64,000 nucleotides of DNA from Squalus acanthias. Its lineage: Eukaryota. The notes below the pieces were generated by a model. The model saw only the letters and a list, made by a program, of their open reading frames with translations, did not search any database and was not told where the DNA came from. Location: contig CM059431.1 of the NCBI GenBank assembly GCA_030390025.1, forward strand, positions 145,764,001 through 145,828,000, in the 5' to 3' direction. The translations under genes were made by a program, and so were the position numbers. This document shows positions 24,912-38,067 of the stretch, piece after piece. Positions within the stretch are counted from its first letter, which is position 1. The number at the start of each line of letters is the position of its first letter.

Positions 24912-27426
24912 CTGACCATCAAATATTTAGCCCAATTCCTTATCCAAAATACTTCTTGTTGGCGGATTTCTTCCCCGTAGTTACCGTCGCCATGTTGGGT
25001 TGTTCTTCCATCAACAAGAACTTCCGGCCCGGGTAGTTTAAATAACAAGCTTCAATGTATTGACGATTAACAGTATTGCTCTTTTATCGCTTTTCGACAC
25101 TGTTACATTAAACGGCCAACAATTAATACAGCTTGGTTTCCCCACACACTCCAGGAGATCAGGCCGGACATACATGAGCTGCCTTCGAGGCAATGGATGT
25201 CTGACAACTTTAAATTTCTCAATTTGTTTTCAAACACATTCATGGCCCCAACTGCTCCCTATCTCTTTAAACTCCTCCAGCCCTGCAACCCTCCCTATCT
25301 CTGTAACCTCCTCCAGCCCCTACAAACCCTCCCTTTCTCTGTAACCTCCTCCAGCCCCTACAAACCTCCCTATCTCTGTAACCTCCTCCAGCCCCTACAA
25401 ACCTCCCTATCTCTGTAACCTCCTCCAGCCATACAACCCTCCCAAGCTTTGTAACCTCCCCCAGCCCTACAACGCTCCCGATCTCTGTAACCTCCTCCAA
25501 ATCTACAACCATCCCTATCTCTGTAAACTCCTGCAGCCCCTACAACTCTCGCTATTTCTGTAACCTCCACCAGCCCCTACAATCCACCCAATCTCTGTAA
25601 CCTCCTCCAGCCCCTACAACCTTCCCTATCTCTGTAACCTCCACAAGCCCTACAGCCCTACCTATCACTGTAAACTCCTCCAGCCCCTACAAACCTCCCT
25701 ATCTCTGAAACCTCCTCCAGCCCCTACAACCCTCCCTATCTTTGTAACCTCCTCCAGCCCTACAACCCTCCCTATCTTTGTAACCTCCTCCAGCCCTACA
25801 ATCCTCCTGATCTCTGTAACCTCCTCCAAATCTACAACCCTCCCTTTCTCTGTAACCTCCTCCAGCCATGCATTCCTCCCTATCTTTGTAACCTCCTCCA
25901 GCCCCTACAACCCTCCCTATCTCTTTAACCTCCTGCTCTGTTTGTGTGTGCGCGGGGGGAATCTCGTCCTGGGATGGAGCCTGGGCGTTTCCTGATCTGT
26001 GTGTTAGTGTGTCATCGAGTCATAGTCATACAGCACAGAAAGAGGCCCTTTGGCCAATCATGTCCGTGCCGGCCATCAAGCCCTGTCTATTTTAATCGCA
26101 TTTTCCAGCACTTGGTCCGTAGCCTTGTATGCTATGGCGTTTTAAGTGCTCATCTAAATGCTTCTTGAATGTTGTGAGGGTTCCTGCCTCTACCACCCTT
26201 TCAGGCAGTGAGTTCCAGATTCCAACCACCCTCTGGGTGAAAAAGTTTTTCCTCAAATCCCCTCTAAACCTCCTGCCCCTTACCTTGAAACTACGCCCCC
26301 TGGTTATTGATCCCTCTACGAATGGGTAAAGTTCCTTTCTATCTACCCTATCTATGCCCCTCATAATTTTGTACACCTCAATCAGGTCCCCTCTCAGACT
26401 TCTCTGCTCTAAGGAAAACAACCCCAGCCTGTCCAGAGTCTCTTCGTAGCTGAAGCGCTCCAGCCCAGGTAACATCCTGGTGAATCTCCTCTGCACCCTC
26501 TCCAATACAATCACATCCTTCCTATAGTGAGGCGACCAGAACTGCACACAGTATTCTAGCTGTGGCCTAACTAGCGTTTGGTACAGCTCCATCATAAATT
26601 CCCTGCTCTTATCTTCTATGCCTCGGCTAATGAAGGCAAGTATCCCATATACCTTTTTAACCACCTTATCTACCTGTCCTGCTGCCTTCAGGGATCTATG
26701 TAAATGCACACCAAGGTCCCTCTCATCCTCCCAAAATGCATCACCTCACACTTTTCAGGGCTAAATTCCATTTGCCACTGTTCTGCCCATCTAACCAACC
26801 CATCTATATCGTCCTGTAGCCTGAGGCTTCCCTCCTCGCTATTTACCACTCCACCAATTTTCATGTCACCTGCGAACTTACTGATCATACCTCCTACATT
26901 CATATCTAAATCATTAATGTACACTACAAACAGCAAAGGACCCAGAACCGAACCCTGCGGTACACCACTGGACACAGGCTTCCACTCACAAAAACAACCT
27001 TCGACCATCACCCTCTGCCTCCTGCCACAAAGCCAATTTTGGATCCAATTTGCCAAGTTGCCCTGGATCCCATGGGCTCTTACCTTCTTGACCAGTCTCC
27101 CATGCAGGACTTTGTCAAAAGCCTTACTGAAGTCCATGTAGACTACATCAACTGCACTACCCTCATCCACACACCTAGTCACCCCCTCGAAAAATTCAAT
27201 TAAATTGGTGAGACCTGATCTCCCCCTGACAAAGCCATGCTGACTATCCTTGATTAATCCTTGCCTCTCCAAGTGGAGACTAATTCTGTCACTCAGAATT
27301 TTTTCCAATAATTGCCCGACCACTGATGTTAGGCTCACTGGCCTGTAATTCCCTGGTTTATCCCTACTACCCTTCTTGAATAATGGTACTACGTTAGCTG
27401 TCCTCCAGTACTCTGGCACATCCCCT

Positions 27427-28135
27427 CATACGTTGCAGGAAAGAATGCACCGCGGCATGGTACATCGGCGAGACCATGCAGACACTGAGACAACGTATGA
27501 ACGAGCACCGCGCAACAATCGCCAGGCAGGATTGTTCCCTCCCAGTCGGGGAACACTTCAGCAGTCAAGGACATTCAGCCTCGGATCTGCGGGTAAGCGT
27601 TCTCCAAGGCAACCTTAGAAACACACGACAACGCAAAATCATCGAGCAGAAACTGATAGCCAAGTTCTGCACTCATGAAGACGGTCTCAATCGGGATCTT
27701 GGGTTTATGTCACGATACATGACGTGATCCGGACTCGAGTCGTCGTTAGCTTGTTCACAGATGTGATTCCCAGTAAAAAAGTAAAAATTTTCCCAGTAAA
27801 AAAGTAAATTTTTTTTTAAAGACGGCAGCTTTTGACACGTTAGAACCCCTGCGACTTCACCTCATTGTCTCAGTTGTATCTTGCTATGTCTTTTGATGTG
27901 GTACCTTCCTGGCTGACTTAATTAACTTTATCACACCTCGGCAGATAGTCAGGATGATTTAATTTATTGGTCTGCAATTGTAAAGTACACATGCTTTTTT
28001 TTCCATCTATATATGCTCTGACGATTCTGTATCCAATTTACTTCACCTGAGGAAGGAGCGATAGTTCCGAAAGCTTGTGATTTCAAATAAAACTGTTGGA
28101 CTATAACCTGGTGTTGTGCGACCTCTCAATTTTGG
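27427..28135 (+). mobile_element. 5'-truncated Penelope-like element (GIY-YIG endonuclease end plus pLTR/3' region)
   Basis: WYIGETMQTLRQRMNEHR...VGEHF...GLNRD; TSD ACATCCCCT at 27418-27426 and 28136-28144; absent from the paralogous CR1. Confidence 0.92.
28042..28080 (+). ncRNA. Minimal type I hammerhead ribozyme (Penelope)
   Basis: TTCAC-CTGAGGA-A-GGAGC-GATA-GTTCC-GAAA-GCTT-GTGA: intact CUGANGA/GAAA core, stem I TCAC/GTGA, palindromic AAGCTT stem III. Confidence 0.8.
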
Positions 28136-31100
28136 ACATCCCCTGTGGCCAGAGAGGTTCTGAAAATTTGTGTCAGAGCTCCTGCAATCTCCTCTCTTGC
28201 CTCACACAGCAGCCTGGGATACATCTCGTCTGGGCCTGGGGATTTATCCACTTTTAAGCCCACTAAAACCGTTAGTACCTCCTCCCTCTCAATACTAATT
28301 TGTTCAAGTATATTACAATCCCCCTGCCTGATTTCTATGCCTACATCGTCCTTCTCCATAGTGAACACAGATGCAAAATATTCATTTTAAACCTCACCTA
28401 CATCTTCCGGCTCTACACACAGATTGCCACTTTGGTCCCTAATGGGCCCTACTCTTTCCCTGGTTATCCTCTTGCCCTTAATATACTTATAAAACACCTT
28501 GAGATTTTCCTTTATTTTGCCCACCAGTGTTTTTTCATGCCCCCTCTTCGCTCTCCTTATTCCTTTTATAGTACCGCCTGCACTTTCTATACTCCTCTAG
28601 GGCTTCCACTGTTTTTAGTCCTTTGTATCTGCCAAAAGCCTCCCTTTTCTTCCTAATCCATTCTTGTCTATCCCTCGACATCCAGGGCTCGCTGGGCTTG
28701 TCGGTCTACCCTTGACCTTTACAGGAACATGTTCGCATTGTACTCTCTCTATTTCCTTTCTGAAAGACTGCCACTGCTTTGATGTGAATTTTCCTACAAG
28801 TAGCTGATCCCAGTGCACTTTGGCCAGATCCTGCCTTATCATATTAAAATCGGCCTTCCCCCAATTTAGAACCTTTATTTCCGGTCCATCTTTGTCCTTT
28901 TCCATGACTACCATAAATCTCACCGAATTATGGTCACTGTCACCAAAATGCTTTCCGACTGACACTTCAACCACTTGCCCAGCTACATTCCCTAGAATTA
29001 GGTCCAGTACAGCCCCCTCTCTTGTAGGACTTTCTACATGCTGGCTCAAAAAGCTCTCCTGGATGCACTTTAAGAATTCCACACCCTCTAAGCCTTTCAC
29101 ACTCTGACTATCCCAATTAATATTGGGGAAGTTAAAATCCCCAACTATTATTACTCTATTATTTGTACACTTCTCTGAGATTTGTCTCCGTATCTGTTTG
29201 TCTATCTCCCCCTGACTGTTTGGGGCCCTATAGTACACTCCCAGCAAAGTTCTTGCACCCTTTATTTTAAAATTCTAACCAAATGTCCTCATTAGAGCAA
29301 CCTGCTAAGATATCATCCCTCCTTACAGCAGTAATTGATTCCTTGATTAATATTGCGACACCCCCCTCCTCTTTTATAACCCCTCTGTCTCGCCTGAAGA
29401 TTCTATTGTATGTGTGGGGCACCAGTCCGAGGATGGAGCCTGGGCCTTTCCTGCTGTGTGTGTGTGTGTGTGTGGGGCTCTAGTCCGGGGGTGGAGCCTG
29501 GGCCTTTCCTGCTGTGTGTGTGTGTGTGTGTGTGGGGCTCTAGCCGGGGATGGATCCTGGGCCTTTCCTGCTCTGTGTGTGTGTGTGGGGGGGGGGGGGC
29601 TCTAGCCGGGGATGGATCCTGGGCCTTTCCTGCTCTGTGTGTGTGTGTGTGTGGGGCTCTAGCCCGGGGGTGGTGCCTGGGCCTTTCCTGCTCTGTGTGT
29701 GTGTGTGTGGGGGGGGCTCTAGCCGGGGATGGATCCTGGGCCTTTCCTGCTCTGTGTGTGTGTGTGGGGGGGGGGGGGGGCTCTAGCCGGGGATGGATCC
29801 TGGGCCTTTCCTGCTGTGTGTGTGTGTGTGTGTGGGGCTCTAGCCCGGGGGTGGTGCCTGGGCCTTTCCTGCTCTGTGTGTGTGTGTGTGGGGGGGGCTC
29901 TAGCCGGGGATGGATCCTGGGCCTTTCCTGCTCTGTGTGTGTGTTTGTTCTGAGGTCCACACACTGGGTGAGCCGCAGTACCGGACCTTGGCCACCAGAT
30001 GCCATCAGAGACCCACGGAGCAGGCCAATGTCCCTCTTGTGGCAGCACTGGGGAACTGCAGCGCCTCCCGTCTTAAAGGGACTGCCAGCCAGCATTAACG
30101 GTGTGGAACATCTATACCAGAAAGTGTGCCACGCATTGACCTCTCATCCTCTGGGACTGGGGGTCAAGCACTGACCTCTCACCCTTTGGAACTGGGGCTC
30201 AGGCACTGAGCTCTCACCCTCTGGGATTGGGGGTCAGGCACTGAGCTCTCACCCTCTGGGACTGGGGGTCAGGCACTGACCTCTCACCCTCTGGGACTGG
30301 GGGTCAGGCACTCACCTCTCACCCTCTGGGACTGGGGGTCAGGCACTGACCTCTCACCCTCTGGGACTGGGGGTCAGGCACTGACCTCTCACCCTCTGGG
30401 ACTGGGGGTCAGGCACTGACCTCTCACCCTCTGGGACTGGGGGTAAGGCACTGGCCTCTCACCCTCTGGGACTGGGGGCCAGGCACTCACCTCTCACCCT
30501 CTGGGACTGGGGGTCAGGCACTGACCTCTCACCCTCTGGGACTGGGGGTCAGGCACTGACCTGTCAAAATAAAACTCTAAAAACACGATAAACCCAACAC
30601 TTAAACTAACTTGACACTGACCATCAAATATTTAGCCCACATCATTGTCCGAAAAACTTCTTGTTGGCGGATTTCTTCCCCGTAGTTACCGTCGCCATGT
30701 TGGGTTGTTCTTCCTTCAACAAGAACTTCCGGCCCGGGTAGTTTAAACAACAAGCTTCAATGTATTGACTATTAACAGTATTGCTCTTTTATCGCTTTTC
30801 GACACTGTTACATTAAACGGCCAACAATTAATACAGCCTGGTTTCCCCTCACACTCCAGGAGATCAGGCCAGACATACATGAGCTGCATTCGAGGCAATG
30901 GATGTCTGACAACTTTAAAATTCTCATCTTGTTTTCAAACACATTCATGGCCCCAACTCCTCCCTATCTCTTTAAACTCCTCCAGCCCTACAACCCTCCA
31001 TATCTCTGTAACCTTCTCCAGCCCCTACAACCCTCCCTATCTCTGTAATCTCCTCCAACCCTACAACTCTTCCTATCTCTGTAACCTCCTCCAGCCATAC

Positions 31101-31474
31101 AACTCTCCCTATCTCTGTAACCTCCACCAGCCCTACAACCCTCCCTATCTCTGTAACCTCCTCCAGCCCCTACAACAATCCCGATCTGTAATCTCCTCCA
31201 GCCCTGCACCCTCCCTATCTCTGTAACCTACTCCAGCCCCTACAACCCTCCCTATCTCTGTCAATCCTCCAGCACAACAACCCTCCCTATCTCTGTAACT
31301 TCCTCCAGCCCTTCAACCCTCCCTATCTCTGTAACCCCCTTCAACCCTCCCTATCTCTGTAAACTCCTCCAGCCCTACAACACTTCCTATCTCTGTAACC
31401 TCCTTCAAACCTACAACCCTCCCTGTCTCTGTAACCTCATCCAGCCCGACAATCATCCCTATCTCCATAAGCTA

Positions 31475-34400
31475 TGGATGGAGAGCGGTGCAGTGGGATT
31501 AGTTAGGGATTGATACAGTGCTATGGGGATAGAGCGGGGCAGTGGGATTAGCTTGGGTTTAATGCAGTGGTATGGGGATAGATGGGGCGGTGGAATTAGT
31601 TTGGGATTGATCCAGGGCTATGGGTAAAGAGCGGGGCACTTGTATTAGTTTGGGATTGATCCAGGGCTATGGGGAGAGAGCGGGGCAGTGGGATTAGTTT
31701 GGGATTGATCCAGGGCTATGGGGAGCGCAGGGCAGTGGAATTAGTTTGGGATTGATACAGGGCTATGGGGAGAGAGCGGGGCAGTGGGATTAGTTTGGGA
31801 TTGGTACAGGGCTATGGGGATAGACCGGGACAGTGGGATTAATTTGGGGATTATTACAGGGCTATGGGGAGAGAGCGGGGCAGTGGGATTAATTTGGGAT
31901 TGTTACAGGGCTACGGGGAGACAGCGGGGCAGTGGGATTAGTTTGGGATTGATACAGGGCATTGTGGAGAGAGCGGAGCAGTGGGATTAGTTTGGGATTG
32001 ATACAGGGCTATGGGGAGAGAGCGGTGTACTGGGATTAGTTTGGGATTGATACAGGGCTATGGGGAGAGAGCAGGGCAGTGAGATTAGTTTGGGATTGAT
32101 ACAGGGCTATGGGGATAGAGCGGGGTAGTGGGATTAGTTTGGGATTTATCCTGGGCATTCGGTGGAGGGCTGGGCATTGGATTTAGTTTGGGATTGATAC
32201 AGGGCTATGGGGAGAGAGCGGGGCAGTGGGATTAGTTTGGGGATTGATACAGGGCTATGGGGAGAGAGCGGGGCAGTGGGATTAGTTTGTGATTGATACA
32301 GGGCTATGGGGAGAGAGAGGGGCAGTGGGATTAGTTTGGGGATTGATACAGGGCTATGGGGAGAGAGAGGGGCAGTGGGATTAGTTTGTGATTGATACAG
32401 GGCTATGGGGAGAGAGCGGGGCAGTGGGATTAGTTTGTGATTCATACGGCGCTCTGGGGAGAGAGAGGGGCAGTGGGATTAGTTTGGGATTCATACAGCG
32501 CTCTGGGGAGAGAGAGGGGCAGTGGGATTAGTTTGGGATTGATACAGGGCTATGGTGAGAGAGCGGGGCAGTGGGCTGAATTTGAGATTGATACAGGGCT
32601 ATGGGGAGAGAGCGGGGCAGTGGGATTAGTTTGAGATTGATACAGGGCTATGGGGAGAGAGCGGGGCAGTGGGATTAGTTTGGGATTGGTACAGGGCTAT
32701 GGGGATAGAGTGGGGCAGTGGGATTAGTTTGAGATTGATACTGGGCTATGGGGAGATTGCGGACAGTGGGAATAGTATGGGATAGATAAAGGTCTATGGG
32801 GAGACAGCGGGGCACTGGGATTAGTTTGGGAATGCTACAGGGCTATGGAGAGAGAGCGGAACAGTGGGATTAGTTTGGGTTGAAAAAGGTCTATGGGGAG
32901 TGCGGGGCAGTGGGATTAGTTTAAGATTCATACATATCTATGAGGGGGCAGTGGTATTAGTTTGGGATTGATACAGGGCTATGGGGAGACGGTTGGACAG
33001 TGGCATTAGTTTGGGATTGAAAAAGATAAATGGGGAGAGAGCGAGGCAGTGGATTAGTTTGGGATTGATACAGGGCTATGGGGACAGTACGGGGCAGTGG
33101 GTTTAGTTGTGGATTGATACACGGCAATGGGGAGAGAGCAGAACAGTGGGATTATTTTGGGATTGATTCAGGGCTATGGGGATAGTGGGGGAATTGAATT
33201 AGTTTGGGATTACTACAGAGTTATGCGGGGAGAGCAGGGCAGTGGGATTAGTATGGGATTGGTACAGGGCTATGGGGATAGACCGGGACAGTGGGATTAG
33301 TTTGGGGATTATTACAGGGCTATGGGGAGAGAGCGGGGCAGTGGGATTAATTTGGGATTGTTACAGGGCATTGTGGAGAGAGCGGAGCAGTGGGATTAGT
33401 TTGGGATTGATACAGGGCATTGTGGAGAGAGCGGAGCAGTGGGATTAGTTTGGGATTGATACAGGGCTATGGGGAGAGAGCGGTGTACTGGGATTAGTTT
33501 GGGATTGATACAGGGCTATGGGGAGAGAGCAGGGCAGTGAGATTAGTTTGGGATTGATACAGGGCTATGGGGATAGAGCGGGGTAGTGGGATTAGTTTGG
33601 GATTTATCCTGGGCATTCGGTGGAGGGCTGGGCATTGGGTTTAGTTTGGGATTGATACAGGGCGATGGGGAGAGAGCGGGGCAGTGGGATTAGTTTGGGG
33701 ATTGATACAGGGCTATGGGGAGAGAGCGGGGCAGTGGGATTAGTTTGTGATTGATACAGGGCTATGGGGAGAGAGAGGGGCAGTGGGATTAGTTTGTGAT
33801 TGATACAGGGCTATGGGGAGAGAGCGGGGCAGTGGGATTAGTTTGTGATTCATACGGCGCTCTGGGGAGAGAGAGGGGCAGTGGGATTAGTTTGGGATTC
33901 ATACAGCGCTCTGGGGAGAGAGAGGGGCAGTGGGATTAGTTTGGGATTGATACAGGGCTATGGTGAGAGAGCGGGGCAGTGGGCTGAATTTGAGATTGAT
34001 ACAGGGCTATGGGGAGAGAGCGGGGCAGTGGGATTAGTTTGAGATTGATACAGGGCTATGGGGAGAGAGCGGGGCAGTGGGATTAGTTTGGGATTGGTAC
34101 AGGGCTATGGGGATAGAGTGGGGCAGTGGGATTAGTTTGAGATTGATACTGGGCTATGGGGAGATTGCGGACAGTGGGAATAGTATGGGATAGATAAAGG
34201 TCTATGGGGAGACAGCGGGGCACTGGGATTAGTTTGGGAATGCTACAGGGCTATGGAGAGAGAGCGGAACAGTGGGATTAGTTTGGGTTGAAAAAGGTCT
34301 ATGGGGAGTGCGGGGCAGTGGGATTAGTTTAAGATTCATACATATCTATGAGGGGGCAGTGGTATTAGTTTGGGATTGATACAGGGCTATGGGGAGACGG

Positions 34401-36292
34401 TTGGACAGTGGCATTAGTTTGGGATTGAAAAAGATAAATGGGGAGAGAGCGAGGCAGTGGATTAGTTTGGGATTGATACAGGGCTATGGGGACAGTACGG
34501 GGCAGTGGGTTTAGTTGTGGATTGATACACGGCAATGGGGAGAGAGCAGAACAGTGGGATTATTTTGGATTGATTCAGGGCTATGGGGATAGTGGGGGAA
34601 TTGAATTAGTTTGGGATTACTACAGAGTTATGCGGGGAGAGCAGGGCAGTGGGATTAGTATGGGATTGGTACAGGGCTATGGGGATAGACCGGGACAGTG
34701 GGATTAGTTTGGGGATTATTACAGGGCTATGGGGAGAGAGCGGGGCAGTGGGATTAATTTGGGATTGTTACAGGGCTACGGGGAGACAGCGGGGCAGTGG
34801 GATTAGTTTGGGATTGATACAGGGCATTGTGGAGAGAGCGGAGCAGTGGGATTAGTTTGGGATTGATACAGGGCTATGGGGAGAGAGCGGTGTACTGGGA
34901 TTAGTTTGGGATTGATACAGGGCTATGGGGAGAGAGCAGGGCAGTGAGATTAGTTTGGGATTGATACAGGGCTATGGGGATAGAGCGGGGTAGTGGGATT
35001 AGTTTGGGATTTATCCTGGGCATTCGGTGGAGGGCTGGGCATTGGATTTAGTTTGGGATTGATACAGGGCGATGGGGAGAGAGCGGGGCAGTGGGATTAG
35101 TTTGGGGATTGATACAGGGCTATGGGGAGAGAGCGGGGCAGTGGGATTAGTTTGTGATTGATACAGGGCTATGGGGAGAGAGAGGGGCAGTGGGATTAGT
35201 TTGGGGATTGATACAGGGCTATGGGGAGAGAGAGGGGCAGTGGGATTAGTTTGTGATTGATACAGGGCTATGGGGAGAGAGCGGGGCAGTGGGATTAGTT
35301 TGGGATTCATACGGCGCTCTGGGGAGAGAGAGGGGCAGTGGGATTAGTTTGGGATTCATACAGCGCTCTGGGGAGAGAGAGGGGCAGTGGGATTAGTTTG
35401 GGATTGATACAGGGCTATGGTGAGAGAGCGGGGCAGTGGACTGAATTTGAGATTGATACAGGGCTATGGGGAGAGAGCGGGGCAGTGGGATTAGTTTGGG
35501 ATTGGTACAGGGCTATGGGGATAGAGTGGGGCAGTGGGATTAGTTTGAGATTGATACTGGGCTATGGGGAGATTGCGGACAGTGGGAATAGTATGGGATA
35601 GATAAAGGTCTATGGGGAGACAGCGGGGCACTGGGATTAGTTTGGGAATGCTACAGGGCTATGGAGAGAGAGTGGGGTAGCGGGATTAGTTTGGGATTGA
35701 TACAGGGCGATAGGGCGAGAGCAGAACAGTGGGATTAGTTTGGGTTGAAAAAGGTCTATGGGGAGTGCGGGGCAGTGGGATTAGTTTAAGATTCATACAT
35801 ATCTATGAGGGGGCAGTGGTATTAGTTTGGGATTGATACAGGGCTATGGGGAGACGGTTGGACAGTGGCATTAGTTTGGGATTGAAAAAGATAAATGGGG
35901 AGAGAGCGAGGCAGTGGATTAGTTTGGGATTGATACAGGGCTATGGGGACAGTACGGGGCAGTGGGTTTAGTTGTGGATTGATACACGGCAATGGGGAGA
36001 GAGCAGAACAGTGGGATTATTTTGGGATTGATTCAGGGCTATGGGGATAGTGGGGGAATTGAATTAGTTTGGGATTACTACAGAGTTATGCGGGGTGAAC
36101 AGGGCAGTGGGATTAGTTTGGGATTGATACAGTGCTATTGGGAGAGTGCGGGGCAGTGCGATTAGTTTGGGATTGATACAGGGCTATTGGGAGAGAGCGG
36201 GGCAGTGGGATTAGTTTGGGATTGATACAGGGCTATTGGGAGAGAGCGGGGCAGTGGGATTAGTTTAGGATTGATACGGGTCTATAGGGGGA
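31475..36292 (+). repeat. 49-bp G-rich satellite (GGGATTAGTTTGGGATTGATACAGGGCTATGGGGAGAGAGCGGGGCAGT)n with a ~1.41-1.46-kb higher-order repeat
   Basis: Variant landmarks recur at 32145/33603/35010 and 32923/34331/35788. Confidence 0.96.
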
Positions 36293-38067
36293 GAGCCACA
36301 GAGTCATAGTCAGCGCCGGCCATCAAGCCCTTTCTATTCCAATCCCATTTTCCAGCACTTGATCCGTATCCTTGTATGCTAAGGCGTTTCAAGTGCTCAT
36401 CTAAATGCTTCTTGAATGTTGTGAGGGTTCCTGCCTCTACCATCCTTTCAGGCAGTGAGTTCCAGATTCCAACCACCCTCTGGGTGAAAATGTTTTTCCT
36501 CAAATCCCCTCTGAACATCCTGCCCCATACCCTGAAACTATGCCCCATGGTTATTGACCCCTCAACGAAGGGGAAAGCTCCTTTCTATCTACCCTATCTA
36601 TGCCCCTCATAATTTTGTACACCTCAATCAGGTCCCCCCCTCAGGCTTCTCTGCTCTAAGGAAAACAACCCCAGCCTATCCAGTCTCTCTTCATAGCTGA
36701 CGCGCTCCAGCCCAGGTAACATCCTAGTGAATCTCCTCTGCACCCTCGGCAATGCAATCAAATCCTTCCTGTAGTGTGGCGACCAGAACTGCACACAGCA
36801 TTCCAGCTGTGGGCTAACTAACGTTTTGTACAGCTCCATCATAACTTCCCTGCTCTTATATTCTATGCCCCGGCTAACGAAGGCAAGTATCCCATATGCC
36901 TTTTTAACCAACTTATCTACCTGTCCTGCTGCCTTCAGGGATCTATGTACATGCACACCAAGGTCCCTCTGATCCTCTGTCCTTCCTAGGGTCCTACCAT
37001 TCATTGTGTATTCCCTTGCCTTGTTAGTCCTCCCAAAATGCATCACCTCACACTTTTCAGGGTTAAATTCCATTTGCCACTGTTCTGCCCATCTAACCAA
37101 CGCATCTCTATCGTCCTGTAGCCTGAGGCTTCCCTCCTCGCTATTTACCACTCCACCAATTTCCGTGTCATCTGCGAACTTACTGATCATACCTCCTACA
37201 TTCATATCTAAATCATTAATGTACACTACAAACAGCAAAGGACCCAGCACCGATCCCTGCGGTACACCACTGGACACAGGCTTCAAGTCACAAAAACAAC
37301 CTTCGACCATCACCCTCTGCCTCCTGCCACTAAGCCAATTTTGGATCCAATGTGCCAAATTGCCCTGGATCCCATGGGCTCTTACGTTCTTGACCAGTCT
37401 CCCATGCAGGACTTTGTCAAAAGCCTTACTGAAGTCCATGTAGACTGCATCGACTGCACTACCCTCATCCACACACCTAGTCACCTCCTCGAAAAATTCA
37501 ATCAAATTGGTTAGACATGATCTCCCCCTGACAAAGCCATGCTGACTATCCCTGATTAACCCTTGCCTCTCCAAGTGGCGACTAATTCTGTCCCTCAGAA
37601 TTTTTTCCAATAATTTCCCTACCACTGATGTTAGGCTCACTGGCCTGTAATTCCCTGGTTTATCCCTACTACCCTTCTTGAATAATCGTACTATGTTAGC
37701 TGTCCTCCAGTCCTCTGGCACCTCCCCTGTGGCCAGAGAGGTTCTGAAAATTTGTGTCAGAGCCCCTGCAATCTCCTCCCTTGCCTCACACAGCAGCCTG
37801 GGATACATCTCGGCTGGTCCTGGGGATTTATCCACTTTTAAGCCCGCTAAAACCGCTAGTACCTCCTCCCTCTCAATACTAATTTGTTCAAGTATATCAC
37901 AATCCCCCTGCCTGATTTCTATACCTAAATCTTCCTTCTCCATAGTGAACACAGATGCAAAATATTCATTTAAAACCTCACCTTCATCCTTTGGCTCTAC
38001 ACACAGATTGCCACTTGGGTCCCTAATGGGCCCTACTCTTTCCCTGGTTCTCCTCTTGCCCTTAATC

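Larger units (their letters stand above)
26011..29405 (-). mobile_element. 5'-truncated CR1, paralog of 20362-23040, interrupted by a Penelope element
   Basis: Same junctions and same internal deletion in ORF2 as the first copy. Confidence 0.95.
11540..31470. repeat. Tandem macro-duplication with unit starts near 11540 (gap-truncated), 24265 and 29950 (third unit partial)
   Basis: Same order in each unit: GC-rich block, 35-bp VNTR, promoter-like block, L2 remnant, 36/37-bp satellite; units 1 and 2 continue with a minus-strand CR1 and TG-minisatellite. Matching ORFs at 20295 and 25944 are offset by 5649 bp. Confidence 0.9.

Noticed and set aside
29403..30174. 230- and 254-aa His/Thr- and Cys/Val-rich ORFs
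   Set aside because: Translation of the (TG)n-containing minisatellite
31475..36292. Telomere-like GGGATTAG motifs
   Set aside because: Embedded in a 49-bp monomer, with no (TTAGGG)n run; better explained by a CR1 origin
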